A DNA stretch of 64,000 bases from Tepidiformaceae bacterium (GCA_958295975.1 OY282446.1:595289-659288); one strand, 5' to 3'. Positions 1 through 9,626 are shown, counted from the stretch's first letter. Notes: a model not told the origin generated them from the letters alone. A program made the numbers and translations.

Positions 1-999
1 TTCGACCGCATCCGCGAGCTGGAGCGCGCGGGGGGCATGGACGAGGCGCTCTGGGGCCACCTGCGCGACGCCGGATTCCTCGGCCTCCCCTTCGCCGAAC
101 GCCACGGCGGCGAGGCGGGCGAGCTCGCCGACGCCGCCATCCTGCTGGAGGAGCTGACCCGGCGCGCCTGCATCGTCCCCTTCCTCGAGACGGTGGCCGC
201 CGCCCTCGCCCTTGAGCGCCACGGCGACGAGGCCATCGCGGACGAGATCGTGCGCGGCGTCATCGGCGGGACCGTCACCCTCGCCCCCGCGCCGTCTGCC
301 GCCGACGCCGACGTTCCCGCCGTCGCGGGCGGCGCGCTCGATGGCGAGGGCCGCTTCGTCGATTACGGCGCGGAGGTCACGCACCACCTCGTGGAAGCCG
401 TCGCGGACGGCGAGCCCGGCCTCTGGCTGGTCGATGCCCGCGGCGCGGGCGTGCGCGCCGAGCCGCTGCAGACGATCGCGCGCACGCCCCAGGCGCACGT
501 CCGCTACGCCGCCGCCCCCGCCCGTCGCGCGGGCGGCGCGGAGGCGCTTCAATTCCTGCGCCGCGCGGGCCGCGCCCTCTGCGCCGTCCAGTGCGCCGCC
601 GCCGCCCAGCAGGCGCTCGACATGACGGTCGAATACACGGGCATGCGCGTCCAGTTCGGACGGCCCATCGGCTCCTTCCAGGCGGTGCAGCACCATTGCG
701 CCGACATGGCCACGCAGACGCTCGCCGCCCGCTTCCTCGCCTTCCGCGCCATCTGGAACCTCGACCAGGGCCGCGCCAGCGACCGCGAGATCGCCAAGGC
801 CAAGGCGCTCGCCTCCCGCGCCGCCACGGAGGTCACCATGCAGGCGCACATCCTCCACGGCGGCATCGGCTACACCGAGGAGTACGACCTCCACTTCTTC
901 AGCCGCCGCGGCAAGGAGCGCGCGCTCGCCTGGGGCGCCGCCGGCGAGTGTCTCGCCCTCGTCGCCGCCACGCTCGACGAGGTGCGGCCCTGGCGCTAG
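1..999 (+). CDS. acyl-CoA dehydrogenase family protein (5' end upstream of window)
   Basis: Frame 1 is open from nt 1: FDRIRELERAGG precedes the listed Met at 37. The translation has ACAD-type segments (RVQFGRPIGSFQAVQHHCADM, GGIGYTEEYDLHFFSRR). GC3 is high. Confidence 0.8.
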   Translation, partial: FDRIRELERAGGMDEALWGHLRDAGFLGLPFAERHGGEAGELADAAILLEELTRRACIVPFLETVAAALALERHGDEAIADEIVRGVIGGTVTLAPAPSAADADVPAVAGGALDGEGRFVDYGAEVTHHLVEAVADGEPGLWLVDARGAGVRAEPLQTIARTPQAHVRYAAAPARRAGGAEALQFLRRAGRALCAVQCAAAAQQALDMTVEYTGMRVQFGRPIGSFQAVQHHCADMATQTLAARFLAFRAIWNLDQGRASDREIAKAKALASRAATEVTMQAHILHGGIGYTEEYDLHFFSRRGKERALAWGAAGECLALVAATLDEVRPWR

Positions 1000-1205
1000 A
1001 CCCCGTCTGCGGGCGGGAGGTCGCGGAGCGCGACGTCGACGCCCTCGCCGGGCGGCTCCCCGGCGGCGCGCGCGAACGGCCATCGGGCGCGGGCGTCAAG
1101 CGCTTCTACGGCGGCCGCTGGCACTACTTCTGCTCCGTCCAGTGCCGCCTCGCCTTCATGGCCACCCCCGACGCCTTCGGGGGCGGCGCGAACGAGCCCT
1201 CCTAA
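948..1205 (+). CDS. small YHS/TRASH-type metal-binding domain protein (start uncertain)
   Basis: DPVCGREV...KRFYGGRWHYFCSVQCRLAF fits the YHS/TRASH pattern (DPVCG...yFCS..C...F). No ATG lies nearby. An in-frame GTG at 948 or CTG at 990 are the only start candidates. The ORF overlaps the 3' end of the ACAD gene. Confidence 0.4.
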   Translation: MSRPRRRHARRGAALALDPVCGREVAERDVDALAGRLPGGARERPSGAGVKRFYGGRWHYFCSVQCRLAFMATPDAFGGGANEPS

Positions 1206-3145
1206 TCGGGAAGGGCGAACTCCACGCTCCAGAGATGCCCCGTGTCGTCGTACTGCCCCGTGAGGATGCGGGCGATGCCGTAGTCCGGCAGCTCGACGGT
1301 CGTCAGGCACTTCCCGTCGAACCGCGTGGCCTGCCGGTCGAAGAAGAAGTCGAGGTTGTCGAACCCGTACTGCTGCCGCTCCTGAGGCAGATCGGACGGA
1401 TCGTCGGGGTCGACATGCAGGAAGAACCACGCCTCCGTATCCGCCGGGGCGCACGGCTCTCTGACGTAGACCAGCGTGCGCCCGTTGACGTACACGTCGA
1501 AGGCGCCGCTGGCCGCCAGTTCGCCGGATTCATCCGTCAGCTCGTTCAGGTAGCGGTTCACGTTGGCGCGGTAGCCCGCTTCGTCGAAGCGCCATCCGAT
1601 GGGGAAGCGGTAGACGCCGCCATCGGAAAACTCGCCCACGACTTCCACGCCGGGCAGGAGGTGGATCGTGTCGGCGTATTCGGCCTGGGGGGAGAGGCCT
1701 CCGGCGACGAGCACGACATGCGCGCCTCCCCTCGGGATGCGGGAAACCAGACTCCTGAAGCCTTCCCCGCTCCAGCGGTACCGCCCCTCGCTTGCCGGCA
1801 CCCCGCTGCGGTACCACACCAGATCAAACAGTGGACTGTAGACTGTTCCTGAAACGGGGTTATTCTCCAGCCAGGACAGGGTTTCCGATTCATCCCACTC
1901 GGCAGTATGATGAAGCCACTCCGGATACCCGCGATCCAATCCTTCGGAAGTATCGGATATGTCTTTTTGGATCGTGAATCCGAAATGAATGATACATCCG
2001 ATCATGATGACAGAAACTAGCACCCATTGCAATAGATTACTACTTCTTGACATTAACCTGTCTCCCCAATAAGAAGTCACCAGAATCATTGGGACGTAAA
2101 CAGGCAAAAGATACCGGCCATCTATTGAAGTTCCTGACGTCAGTGGAGTGATGACGGCTATCATTCCCAAATAGATGAGAACGAACAATCCAAGAGGAAG
2201 TACTGGACTGGAGAATGAGCGCAGACACACTCTTTCATCTCTCCTTGATATAACATACGAAAACACTATTACAAAGAAAATAGTAAAAGGAATGTAGAGG
2301 AAGTTCATGAGGTCATGTTCGGTAGGAATAATCCATTGGTCGAATACCGAGAGAATTTGTCGCACGGAATCCAGGATGCTCTGATCTGATGCGAATCTCC
2401 TGTCTCCAATCAACGTCTGCGCCGTTGTCTGATTGTAGACCAGTGCTCCCGCCAATGGGATCGAGGATATGGCTCCAAAGGCCAGAGAAGACTGCAATTT
2501 CTCACTGAATGTCCCGCGTCGCAGGATCATCATCAACAATCCGGCGGTCATTCCAAAGACTCCGGTGTAGCGGGTGACCGCCGCCAGTCCGAAAAGCACT
2601 GCTCCCAGCACCATCGGCGTCCTCTTCCCCGATTGCAAAAACGAATCCATCCGGAACAGGGCCATGAGGGTCAACAGAATGAACAACGGTTCGGTCATTA
2701 GATAGGATGACCTGTCGATCAAGGGGTACGCGACGAGTACGGCGAATGTGCCACCCAGCGCCAGCAGCTGTGAACGGAGGGTACGGGTCAGCCAGATTCC
2801 GGATACCAGGACGATCAACCCGAAGGATGCGGCGTTGATCCACCGCCCCGCCTCTTCCGCATCCATTCCAATCAGTTCGAAGAGTGCAAGCAGCATGGGG
2901 AAAAGCGGTGGCCAGTACACGTAGGGCTTTCCGTCGAAGCTCTTCAGGCCGGCTCCGTCGGCCAGGTTCTCAGCCGCTGCCAAATAGTACGTGGCGTCGA
3001 AACCGACGGCCGCGCCGTACGTCCAGGTGCGCACGAGAATGTGCGTCGCGCCCAACGCCGCCATGACCACGACCAGCACCAGCGTGATGCGATGGTTCGG
3101 GGGGAAAGGCAGCTGGCGCATGGCTCGAATCATGGATCGCCTCAT
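1202..3145 (-). CDS. GT-C fold (ArnT/PMT_2-like) membrane glycosyltransferase with unassigned C-terminal module, copy 1
   Basis: 647-aa ORF with many hydrophobic helices. The N-terminal region TWTYGAAVGFDATYYLAAAENLADGAGLKSFDGKPYVYWPPLFPMLLAL is typical of GT39/GT83-like enzymes. The ATG at 3143-3145 overlaps the TGA of copy 2 (ATGA). Confidence 0.8.
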   Translation of the reverse strand: MRRSMIRAMRQLPFPPNHRITLVLVVVMAALGATHILVRTWTYGAAVGFDATYYLAAAENLADGAGLKSFDGKPYVYWPPLFPMLLALFELIGMDAEEAGRWINAASFGLIVLVSGIWLTRTLRSQLLALGGTFAVLVAYPLIDRSSYLMTEPLFILLTLMALFRMDSFLQSGKRTPMVLGAVLFGLAAVTRYTGVFGMTAGLLMMILRRGTFSEKLQSSLAFGAISSIPLAGALVYNQTTAQTLIGDRRFASDQSILDSVRQILSVFDQWIIPTEHDLMNFLYIPFTIFFVIVFSYVISRRDERVCLRSFSSPVLPLGLFVLIYLGMIAVITPLTSGTSIDGRYLLPVYVPMILVTSYWGDRLMSRSSNLLQWVLVSVIMIGCIIHFGFTIQKDISDTSEGLDRGYPEWLHHTAEWDESETLSWLENNPVSGTVYSPLFDLVWYRSGVPASEGRYRWSGEGFRSLVSRIPRGGAHVVLVAGGLSPQAEYADTIHLLPGVEVVGEFSDGGVYRFPIGWRFDEAGYRANVNRYLNELTDESGELAASGAFDVYVNGRTLVYVREPCAPADTEAWFFLHVDPDDPSDLPQERQQYGFDNLDFFFDRQATRFDGKCLTTVELPDYGIARILTGQYDDTGHLWSVEFALPD

Positions 3146-5106
3146 TGCTCCCGGCCTGTGGAGAGGGCGAACTCCACGCTCCAGAGACGCCCCGTGTCAT
3201 CGTACTGTCCCGTACGGATGCTGGCGATGCCGTAGGCGGGCAGCTCGACGGTCGTCAGGCACTTCCCGTCGAACCACGTGGCCTGCCGGTCGAAGAGGAA
3301 GTCGAGGTTGTCGAACCCGTATTGCTGGCGCTCCTGAGGCAGGTCGGCGGGATCGTCGGGGTCGATGTGCAGGAAGAACCACGCCTCCGTATCTGCCGGG
3401 ATGCACGGCTCCCTGACGTAGACCAGCATGCGCCCGTTGACGTACACGTCGAAAGTGGAACTGGCCGCCAGCTCGCCGGATTCCTCCGTCAGTTCGTTCA
3501 GGTAGCGGTTCACGTTGGCGCGGTAGCCCGCTTCGTCGAAGCGCCATCCGGCGGGGAAGCGGTAGACGCCGCCATCGGAAAACTCGCCCACGACTTCCAC
3601 GCCGGGCAGGAAACGGATCGTGTCGGCGTATTCGGCCTGAGGGAAGGAGCCTCCGGAGACGAGCACGGCATGCGCGCCTTCCCTCGGGATGCGGGAAACG
3701 AGGCTTCTGAGGTTTTCCCCGATCCAGTGGTACCGCCCCTCGCTTGCCGGCGCCCCGCTGCGATACCACACCAGGTCAAACGCTGGGCTGGAGACTATCC
3801 CGGAAACAGGGTTAGTCTCCAGCCAGGAAAGGGTTTCCGATTCATCCCATTCAGCAGTATGATGAAGCCACTCCGGATACCCGCGATCCAATCCTTCGGA
3901 AGTATCGGATATATCTTTTTGGATCGTGAATCCGAAATGAATAATACATCCGATCATGATGACAGAAACTGGCACCCATTGCAATAGATTACCGCTATTT
4001 CTCGACATTAACCTGTCTCCCCAATAAGAAGTCACCAGAATCGTTGGGACGTAAACAGGCAAAAGGTACCGGCTATCTATGGGGGTTCCTGCCGCCAATG
4101 GAGTGATGACAGTGATCATTCCCAAGTAGATGAGAATGAACAATCCAAAAGGAAGAAATGAACTGGAAAGTAAACGTGAATATTCTCTTTTTCCATTAAC
4201 CTTCAATAAAGCGTAAAAAGTCACCATCACAAAGAAAAGGATAAATGGGATATATAGAAAATTCACAAAGTTGTATTCAGTGGGAATAATCCATTGATCG
4301 AACACTGAAAGAATCTGTTTCATGGAATCCAGGATGCTCTGACCCGATGCAAATTCCCTGCCTCCGGTCAGCGTCTGCGCTGTTGCCTGGTTGTAGGCCA
4401 GTGCTCCCGCCAATGGGAGCGAGGAGATGGCTCCAAAAGACAGAGAGGACTTCAGTTTCTCGTTGAACGTCCCGCGTCGCAGGATCACCATCAACAACCC
4501 GGCGATCATTCCGAAGATTCCGGTGTAGCGGGTCACCGCCGCCAGTCCGAAAAGCACTGCTCCCAGCACCATCGATGTTCTCTTCCCCGATTGCAGAAAC
4601 GACTCCATTCGGAATAAGGCCATGAGGGTCAACAGGATGAACAACGGTTCGGTCATCAGGTAGGATGACCTGTCGATCAAGGGGTACGCGATGAGTACGG
4701 CGAACGTGCCGCCCAGCGCCAGCAGCCGCGAACGGAGAGTTCGGGTCAGCCAGATTCCGGATACGAGGACGATCAACCCGAAGGATGCGGCGTTGATCCA
4801 CCGTCCCGCCTCTTCCGCACCCAACCCAATCAGCTCGAAGAGCGCGAGCAGCATGGGAAAAAGCGGCGGCCAGTGCACGTAGTGGAGACCTTCGAAGCTC
4901 TTCAGGCCAGCTCCGGCGGCCAGGTTCTGAGCCGTGGCCAAATAGTGCGTGGCGTCGAAACCGACGGCCGCGCCGTACGTCCAGGTGCGCACGAGGATGT
5001 GCGCCGTGCCCAGCGCCGCCATGGCCACCACCAGCAGCACGGGCAGGGTCTGGCGGTTCGGGCGGAAGCGCGCGACGGACGCGATCACGCGGGACGCCTG
5101 CGGCAT
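3142..5106 (-). CDS. GT-C fold (ArnT/PMT_2-like) membrane glycosyltransferase, copy 2
   Basis: This is a paralog of 1202..3145 with long near-identical stretches. I chose the start at ATG 5104-5106 (MPQASRVIASVARFRPNRQTL...) because it aligns with the N-terminus of copy 1. The longer ORF to 5223 would overlap the divergent CocE gene and its RBS. Confidence 0.8.
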   Translation of the reverse strand: MPQASRVIASVARFRPNRQTLPVLLVVAMAALGTAHILVRTWTYGAAVGFDATHYLATAQNLAAGAGLKSFEGLHYVHWPPLFPMLLALFELIGLGAEEAGRWINAASFGLIVLVSGIWLTRTLRSRLLALGGTFAVLIAYPLIDRSSYLMTEPLFILLTLMALFRMESFLQSGKRTSMVLGAVLFGLAAVTRYTGIFGMIAGLLMVILRRGTFNEKLKSSLSFGAISSLPLAGALAYNQATAQTLTGGREFASGQSILDSMKQILSVFDQWIIPTEYNFVNFLYIPFILFFVMVTFYALLKVNGKREYSRLLSSSFLPFGLFILIYLGMITVITPLAAGTPIDSRYLLPVYVPTILVTSYWGDRLMSRNSGNLLQWVPVSVIMIGCIIHFGFTIQKDISDTSEGLDRGYPEWLHHTAEWDESETLSWLETNPVSGIVSSPAFDLVWYRSGAPASEGRYHWIGENLRSLVSRIPREGAHAVLVSGGSFPQAEYADTIRFLPGVEVVGEFSDGGVYRFPAGWRFDEAGYRANVNRYLNELTEESGELAASSTFDVYVNGRMLVYVREPCIPADTEAWFFLHIDPDDPADLPQERQQYGFDNLDFLFDRQATWFDGKCLTTVELPAYGIASIRTGQYDDTGRLWSVEFALSTGREQ

Positions 5107-5176
5107 GGCCGCAGTATATCGCCCCCGCCCCCGCCGGTCGTGTACCCTTGCCCCGCGCAACGCGAAGGAGGCCCCC

Positions 5177-6931
5177 GTGAGTGAGCTGTCCGCCGCCGAC
5201 GTCATCGTCGACGAGAACGTCATGATCCCGATGCGCGACGGCGTGCGGCTGCAGGCCGACGTCCACCGCCCCGCCGGCGGCGGGCCCGTGCCCGCGCTTC
5301 TCTCCCGCTCCCCCTACGGGCGCAACCCCGGCGGACGGCCCGGCACGGGCGCCGACTTCTGGGTGCCCCGCGGCTACGCCTACGTGACCCAGGACTGCCG
5401 CGGGCGCTTCGGCTCCGAGGGCGACTACACGCCCCACCTGTACGAGGGCCCCGACGGCTACGACACGGTCGAGTGGATCGCCGCCCAGCCCTGGTGCGAC
5501 GGCGCCGTGGGCACGGTCGGCCAGTCCTACCTGGGCGCGGACCAGTACCAGCTCGCGCCCCACAATCCGCCCCACCTGAAGGCGCTGGCCCCCGTCTCCG
5601 GCACCTGCGACCACCGCCAGAGCTGGACCCGCCACGCGGGCGGCGCGCTGGAGCACGGCTGGATGGTGCCCTACTCCCTGCTCAAGGGCCGCAACACGCT
5701 CGAGCGCAAGGGCCTCACAGGCGCGGAGATGGAGACGCTCGAGGGCTACCTCGATCCGCCCGACGAGCACGGCTTCTTCGCCCAGCCGCTCACGCCCGAG
5801 GGCTACGCCCACGTGCCCCTCACGGACTGGTCCGAGCGCATGAAGGACAGCGCCCCCTACTTCGCCGAGTACCTCGAACATCCCGACGACGACCCCTACT
5901 GGTGGGAGATCAACGTGCGCCGCGGCTTCCACACCGTGGACGCGCCCATGCTCCACTTCGGCTCCTGGTACGACATCTTCCTGGAGGGCACGCTCGCCGG
6001 CTTCGAGGGCGTCAACGCCCTGGGCGGGCCCAACGCGCGCGGCCGGCAGCGCCTGCTCGTCGGCCCCTGGGGCCACATCGGCTACTCCGTGCCCACCACC
6101 GGCGGCTGCGGCGAGCTCGACTTCGGCCCCGAGGCCGCCATCGACTTCATGGAGATCCAGGAGCGCTGGTTCGGCCATTGGCTGAAGGGCGAGGACACCG
6201 GCGTCATGGACGAGGCCCCCGTCCGCATCTTCGTCATGGGCGAGAACCGCTGGCGCGACGAACGAGAGTGGCCCCTCGCGCGCACGCGCTACACCCCCTG
6301 GTACCTGCACAGCGGCGGCGCCGCCAACGGCCTCGACGGCGACGGCGCGCTCAGCCCCGAGGCGCCCGCCGTCGAGCCGCCCGACCGCTACGTCTACGAC
6401 CCGCGCGACCCCGTCCCCAGCCTGGGCGGCAACAACCTCATCATCCCCCGCGGCGTCTTCGACCAGCGCCCCGCCGAACGGCGCGACGACGTGCTCGTCT
6501 ACACCGGCGAGGCGCTGACGGAGCCGCTGGAGGTGACCGGGCCCCTGCGCGTCACGCTCTGGGCCGTCTCCTCCGCCGTCGATACCGACTTCACGGCCAA
6601 GCTGGTGGACGTGCACCCCGACGGCTACGCCCGCAACCTGCAGGACGGCATCATCCGCGCGCGCTACCGCGATTCGGCCAGCTCGCCCAGCCTGCTCACG
6701 CCCGGCCAGCCCTACCGCTACGAGATCGACCTCTGGGCCACCAGCCACGTCTTCCTGCCGGGGCACCGCATCCGGCTGGAGATCAGCTCCTCCTGCTTCC
6801 CGCGTTTCGACCGCAACCCGAACACGGGAACGCCCGTGGAGAGCGAGGCGAACCTCGTGCCCGCCGCGCAGCAGGTGCTGCACGACGCGCACCATCCCTC
6901 GCACGTCACCCTGCCGGTGATCCCGCGCTGA
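5177..6931 (+). CDS. CocE/NonD family hydrolase (X-Pro dipeptidyl-peptidase S15-like)
   Basis: GTG at 5177 is preceded by GAAGGAGG. Motifs SRSPYGRN, YVTQDCRGRFGSEGDY and GTVGQSYLGADQ (GxSYxG nucleophile elbow) are characteristic of the family. Confidence 0.85.
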   Translation: MSELSAADVIVDENVMIPMRDGVRLQADVHRPAGGGPVPALLSRSPYGRNPGGRPGTGADFWVPRGYAYVTQDCRGRFGSEGDYTPHLYEGPDGYDTVEWIAAQPWCDGAVGTVGQSYLGADQYQLAPHNPPHLKALAPVSGTCDHRQSWTRHAGGALEHGWMVPYSLLKGRNTLERKGLTGAEMETLEGYLDPPDEHGFFAQPLTPEGYAHVPLTDWSERMKDSAPYFAEYLEHPDDDPYWWEINVRRGFHTVDAPMLHFGSWYDIFLEGTLAGFEGVNALGGPNARGRQRLLVGPWGHIGYSVPTTGGCGELDFGPEAAIDFMEIQERWFGHWLKGEDTGVMDEAPVRIFVMGENRWRDEREWPLARTRYTPWYLHSGGAANGLDGDGALSPEAPAVEPPDRYVYDPRDPVPSLGGNNLIIPRGVFDQRPAERRDDVLVYTGEALTEPLEVTGPLRVTLWAVSSAVDTDFTAKLVDVHPDGYARNLQDGIIRARYRDSASSPSLLTPGQPYRYEIDLWATSHVFLPGHRIRLEISSSCFPRFDRNPNTGTPVESEANLVPAAQQVLHDAHHPSHVTLPVIPR

Positions 6932-6936
6932 ACGCC

Positions 6937-6979
6937 GCGGGGGGGGGGCGGCGCCATCGGCGGAGCCGCCCCCCCCCGC
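6937..6979. terminator. GC-rich hairpin between convergent genes (possible bidirectional terminator)
   Basis: GC-G10-CGGC (6937-6952), a 12-nt loop, then GCCG-C9-GC (6965-6979). The stem is about 13-15 bp. There is no U-tract, so it is not a canonical intrinsic terminator. Confidence 0.35.
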
Positions 6980-6999
6980 GTGCGGAGCCGCCGCGGCCG

Positions 7000-8325
7000 C
7001 TAGCGGTCGGGATCGTAGAGGTACTGCTCCAGCGCGTGGTGCATGGCGCGGATGCGGCGCTCCTCGCTGTTCAGGAGGATGCCGTTGAAGCCGCGCGAGT
7101 GGTAGGACTCCTGCACGATCTGGGCCTGCGCCATGTCCTGCGCCAGCGCCTCGAACACCTCCACGTCGCGCGCCGTGCCGTACACCGTCTGCGGACGCGG
7201 GGGCACGGGCGTGCCCTCCGGCAGGCGCACGGACACCTGGTAGTCCCACAGGCACTTGTTCGGGTCCGTGGGGTGCGGGCGCGCGCGGAAGTAGGTGAGC
7301 GAGGTGCCCCCGATGTTGAGCGTGATGTTGGGGAAGATCATGTAGTGGTAGTCGTCGATCAGCTGCTCGTCGTGCAGCGCCGACACGTCCACGCCCATCT
7401 GCTCGTAGAGCGCGCGGCGCGCCTGCATGATGGCCGGGCGCACGTCGTCCACGCCGCCCTCGAACGACTCCTTCGCGATGCCCACCGCCGCCAGCTGCTG
7501 CCACTGCGAGTCGGTGATCATCTCCTTGCCGTCGTAGCCGTGGCGGCGCGCCATGTCGTCCGTCCAGGCCCCCCCGTCGGGGTAGCCCTGGCGGATGAGC
7601 TGGCGGCTGTGCCTGCCCCCGTCGTACACGTCCAGCGGCGTGCCCGCCGTGTCCCACCACTCGATCAGCTGCGGATGGAGCGCGGGCAGGTGGTAGATCT
7701 CGGCGAACTGGTCCACCGCGAACTTCCAGTTGCAGGCCCACTCCAGCTGGTAATCCTGCACCAGGTGGTAGTCCTCGAAATGGTAGGGGTCGAGGTGCGA
7801 GGGGATGACGCCGAGGAACTCGTGCAGCGGCTCCGCCTGCGGGTCCATGTTGAAGAAGAGGTAGCCGCCCCACGCGTCCACGCGCACCTCCGAGAGGCAC
7901 TGCTTCTCCTCGGGGATGCCGTTCACGAAGTGCTGCCGGTCGGGCACGTCCGTGAGCCGACCCTCGATGTCGAAGGTCCACAGGTGGAAGGGGCACTGCA
8001 GCTGCTCGGCGTGGCCGAGGCCGGAGCTGGCGCGCAGGCGGCTGCCGCGGTGGGGGCAGACGTTGTAGAAGCCCTTGAACTTGCCCTCGCCCGTGCGCAG
8101 GAAGATGAACGACTCCCGCCCCAGGGCGTGCGTGAAGTAGTCGCCCGTCTCGGGGATGTCGCACAGCGGCCCGGCGATGTTCCACACCTTCGTCCACATG
8201 CGCTCCCACTCGAGCTCGGCGAACTCGGGCGAGGTGTAGCGCGTCGGGTCGATCGTGCCCGTGCCCATGTCGGGCTCGTTCACGCGCTCCAGCGGCGTCA
8301 TCGGCATCGGCTGCTTCGTGACCAT
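7000..8325 (-). CDS. Rieske [2Fe-2S] aromatic ring-hydroxylating oxygenase, alpha subunit
   Basis: Rieske motif CPHRGSRL...CPFHLWTF. An AGGGGGA RBS lies upstream of ATG 8323-8325. 441 aa. Confidence 0.85.
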   Translation of the reverse strand: MVTKQPMPMTPLERVNEPDMGTGTIDPTRYTSPEFAELEWERMWTKVWNIAGPLCDIPETGDYFTHALGRESFIFLRTGEGKFKGFYNVCPHRGSRLRASSGLGHAEQLQCPFHLWTFDIEGRLTDVPDRQHFVNGIPEEKQCLSEVRVDAWGGYLFFNMDPQAEPLHEFLGVIPSHLDPYHFEDYHLVQDYQLEWACNWKFAVDQFAEIYHLPALHPQLIEWWDTAGTPLDVYDGGRHSRQLIRQGYPDGGAWTDDMARRHGYDGKEMITDSQWQQLAAVGIAKESFEGGVDDVRPAIMQARRALYEQMGVDVSALHDEQLIDDYHYMIFPNITLNIGGTSLTYFRARPHPTDPNKCLWDYQVSVRLPEGTPVPPRPQTVYGTARDVEVFEALAQDMAQAQIVQESYHSRGFNGILLNSEERRIRAMHHALEQYLYDPDR

Positions 8326-8434
8326 CGGGAATCCCCCTGCGCCGCCGGCGCGGCGACGGTTGCGTTCGCGCGCGGCGGGGCGCGCCGCCCGTTAGCATAC
8401 AGCGGCGCGCCCCTGCGCGCGGGAGCATTCGCAC

Positions 8435-8731
8435 ATGGCAACCGTCGGAGTCGTCGCCCGTTTCACCGTCCAGCCCGACAAGGCGGACGAATTCGCCCGC
8501 GTCGTGAACGAGGGCATCGTCGCCCCCAGCCAGTCGGAGCCCGGCTGCATCCGCTACGAGCTCTGGCGCGACAACGAGGACGCCGCCAGCTTCGCCATGG
8601 TCGAGGAGTGGGAGAGCGACGACGCCCTCAACGCCCACCTCGCGGGCACGCGCACGCGCGAGGGCGGCCCCAGCCTGGGCGACTACCTGGCCGCCCCGCC
8701 GGAGCTGCGCCGCTTCAGCAAGACCGCCTGA
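8435..8731 (+). CDS. antibiotic-biosynthesis-monooxygenase (ABM) domain protein
   Basis: 98-aa ferredoxin-like ABM pattern: VARFTVQPDKADEF...GCIRYELWRDNEDAASFAMVEEWESDDALNAHL. Confidence 0.75.
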   Translation: MATVGVVARFTVQPDKADEFARVVNEGIVAPSQSEPGCIRYELWRDNEDAASFAMVEEWESDDALNAHLAGTRTREGGPSLGDYLAAPPELRRFSKTA

Positions 8732-8735
8732 GCGC

Positions 8736-9626
8736 CTAGCCCGCCTTCATCGGCTTCAGCACCTCCTCCACGAAGCGCAGCACCGGCTCCGTGGAGGTGG
8801 GGTGGCCGAAGTCGCAGGTGAAGTGGCGCACGCCCAGTGCGCGGAGGTGTTCGAGCGTCTCGCGCCACTGCTCCGCCTCGGCGCTGTCGTTGGGCAGGCC
8901 CGCCTCGCGCGTCACGCTGATGGTGATGTCGGCGGGGTCGCGGCCCGCCTCCTCGGCCGCCTTCCGTACGATGTCGCGCTTGCGCGTCCAGTTCTCCTCC
9001 CACTCCTCGCGCGGCCACCAGAAGGTGTTCCAGCCGTCGGCCAGACGGCCCACCATGGGCAGCGACAGCTGCTCGCCCTGCGCGCCCACCATGATTGGGA
9101 TCATGGGGTCGGGCCGCGGCGGCGCCTTGGCGTCCCTGATCGTGTAATGGCGCCCCTCGAAGCTGGGCGACTCCTCCGTCCACATCAGGCGGCAGATCTT
9201 GATCGTCTCCTCCAGCTGGCGGATGCGCGTGGCCGTGGAGGGGAAGTCGTAGCCGTAGCGCTCGAACTCCTCGCCGCGCCAGCCCGCGCCGATGCCGAGG
9301 ATGAAGCGCCCGCCCGACAGCGTCTGCAGCGTGGCCGCCATCTTCGCCGTGAGCGCGGGGTTGCGGTAGCCCTGCCCCAGCACGTGGTGGCACAGCATCA
9401 CCGTGGGGAACTTCGCCGCCAGCCACGTCATCGTCGTCCACGACTCGAGGAAGGGGTCGTTCTCGTTGGCGAAGCCGTAGAAATGGTCCGCCAGCCACAC
9501 GCAGTCGAAATGCTCGAAGGCCGTGGGCAGGATGTTCCGCTCCTGGTACATCACGATCGGCTCGTGGTCGCTGTCCGGCAGGCCGATCACCGGGGACACC
9601 CATCCAAACGTGAGTTCATCGGTCAC
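8736..9626 (-). CDS. luciferase-like (LLM class) flavin/F420-dependent oxidoreductase
   Basis: LLM-type sequence (FDCVWLADHF, RFILGIGAGWRGEEFERYGYDF). I chose GTG 9624-9626 because a GAGAGGAGA RBS precedes it. The longer ORF to 9728 is Arg/Gly-rich. Confidence 0.8.
   Translation of the reverse strand: MTDELTFGWVSPVIGLPDSDHEPIVMYQERNILPTAFEHFDCVWLADHFYGFANENDPFLESWTTMTWLAAKFPTVMLCHHVLGQGYRNPALTAKMAATLQTLSGGRFILGIGAGWRGEEFERYGYDFPSTATRIRQLEETIKICRLMWTEESPSFEGRHYTIRDAKAPPRPDPMIPIMVGAQGEQLSLPMVGRLADGWNTFWWPREEWEENWTRKRDIVRKAAEEAGRDPADITISVTREAGLPNDSAEAEQWRETLEHLRALGVRHFTCDFGHPTSTEPVLRFVEEVLKPMKAG

Larger units (their letters stand above)
1202..5106. repeat. tandem duplication of two ~1.95-kb gene-length units
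   Basis: DNA is near-identical by eye, for example 1921-2100 versus 3873-4050. The C-terminal module regions 1205-1501 and 3145-3453 also match closely. One short divergent patch lies at ~2210-2330 versus ~4165-4290. Confidence 0.8.

Noticed and set aside
4277-8638. Very long ORFs of 1453 and 1088 aa (4277..8638 on the minus strand, 5473..8739 on the plus strand). The same pattern appears in other listed ORFs: 11005..13485, 16735..18735, 19933..22377, 20081..22372, 23321..25768, 25141..28125, 30146..32668, 31575..34787, 36188..38260, 42285..44147, 42389..44572 and 54402..57251.
   Set aside because: Their translations are low-complexity Arg/Ala/Gly/Pro strings. They run antisense to, or out of frame with, genes that have clear family signatures. 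This is the usual stop-codon-poor shadow ORF artefact of ~70% GC DNA.
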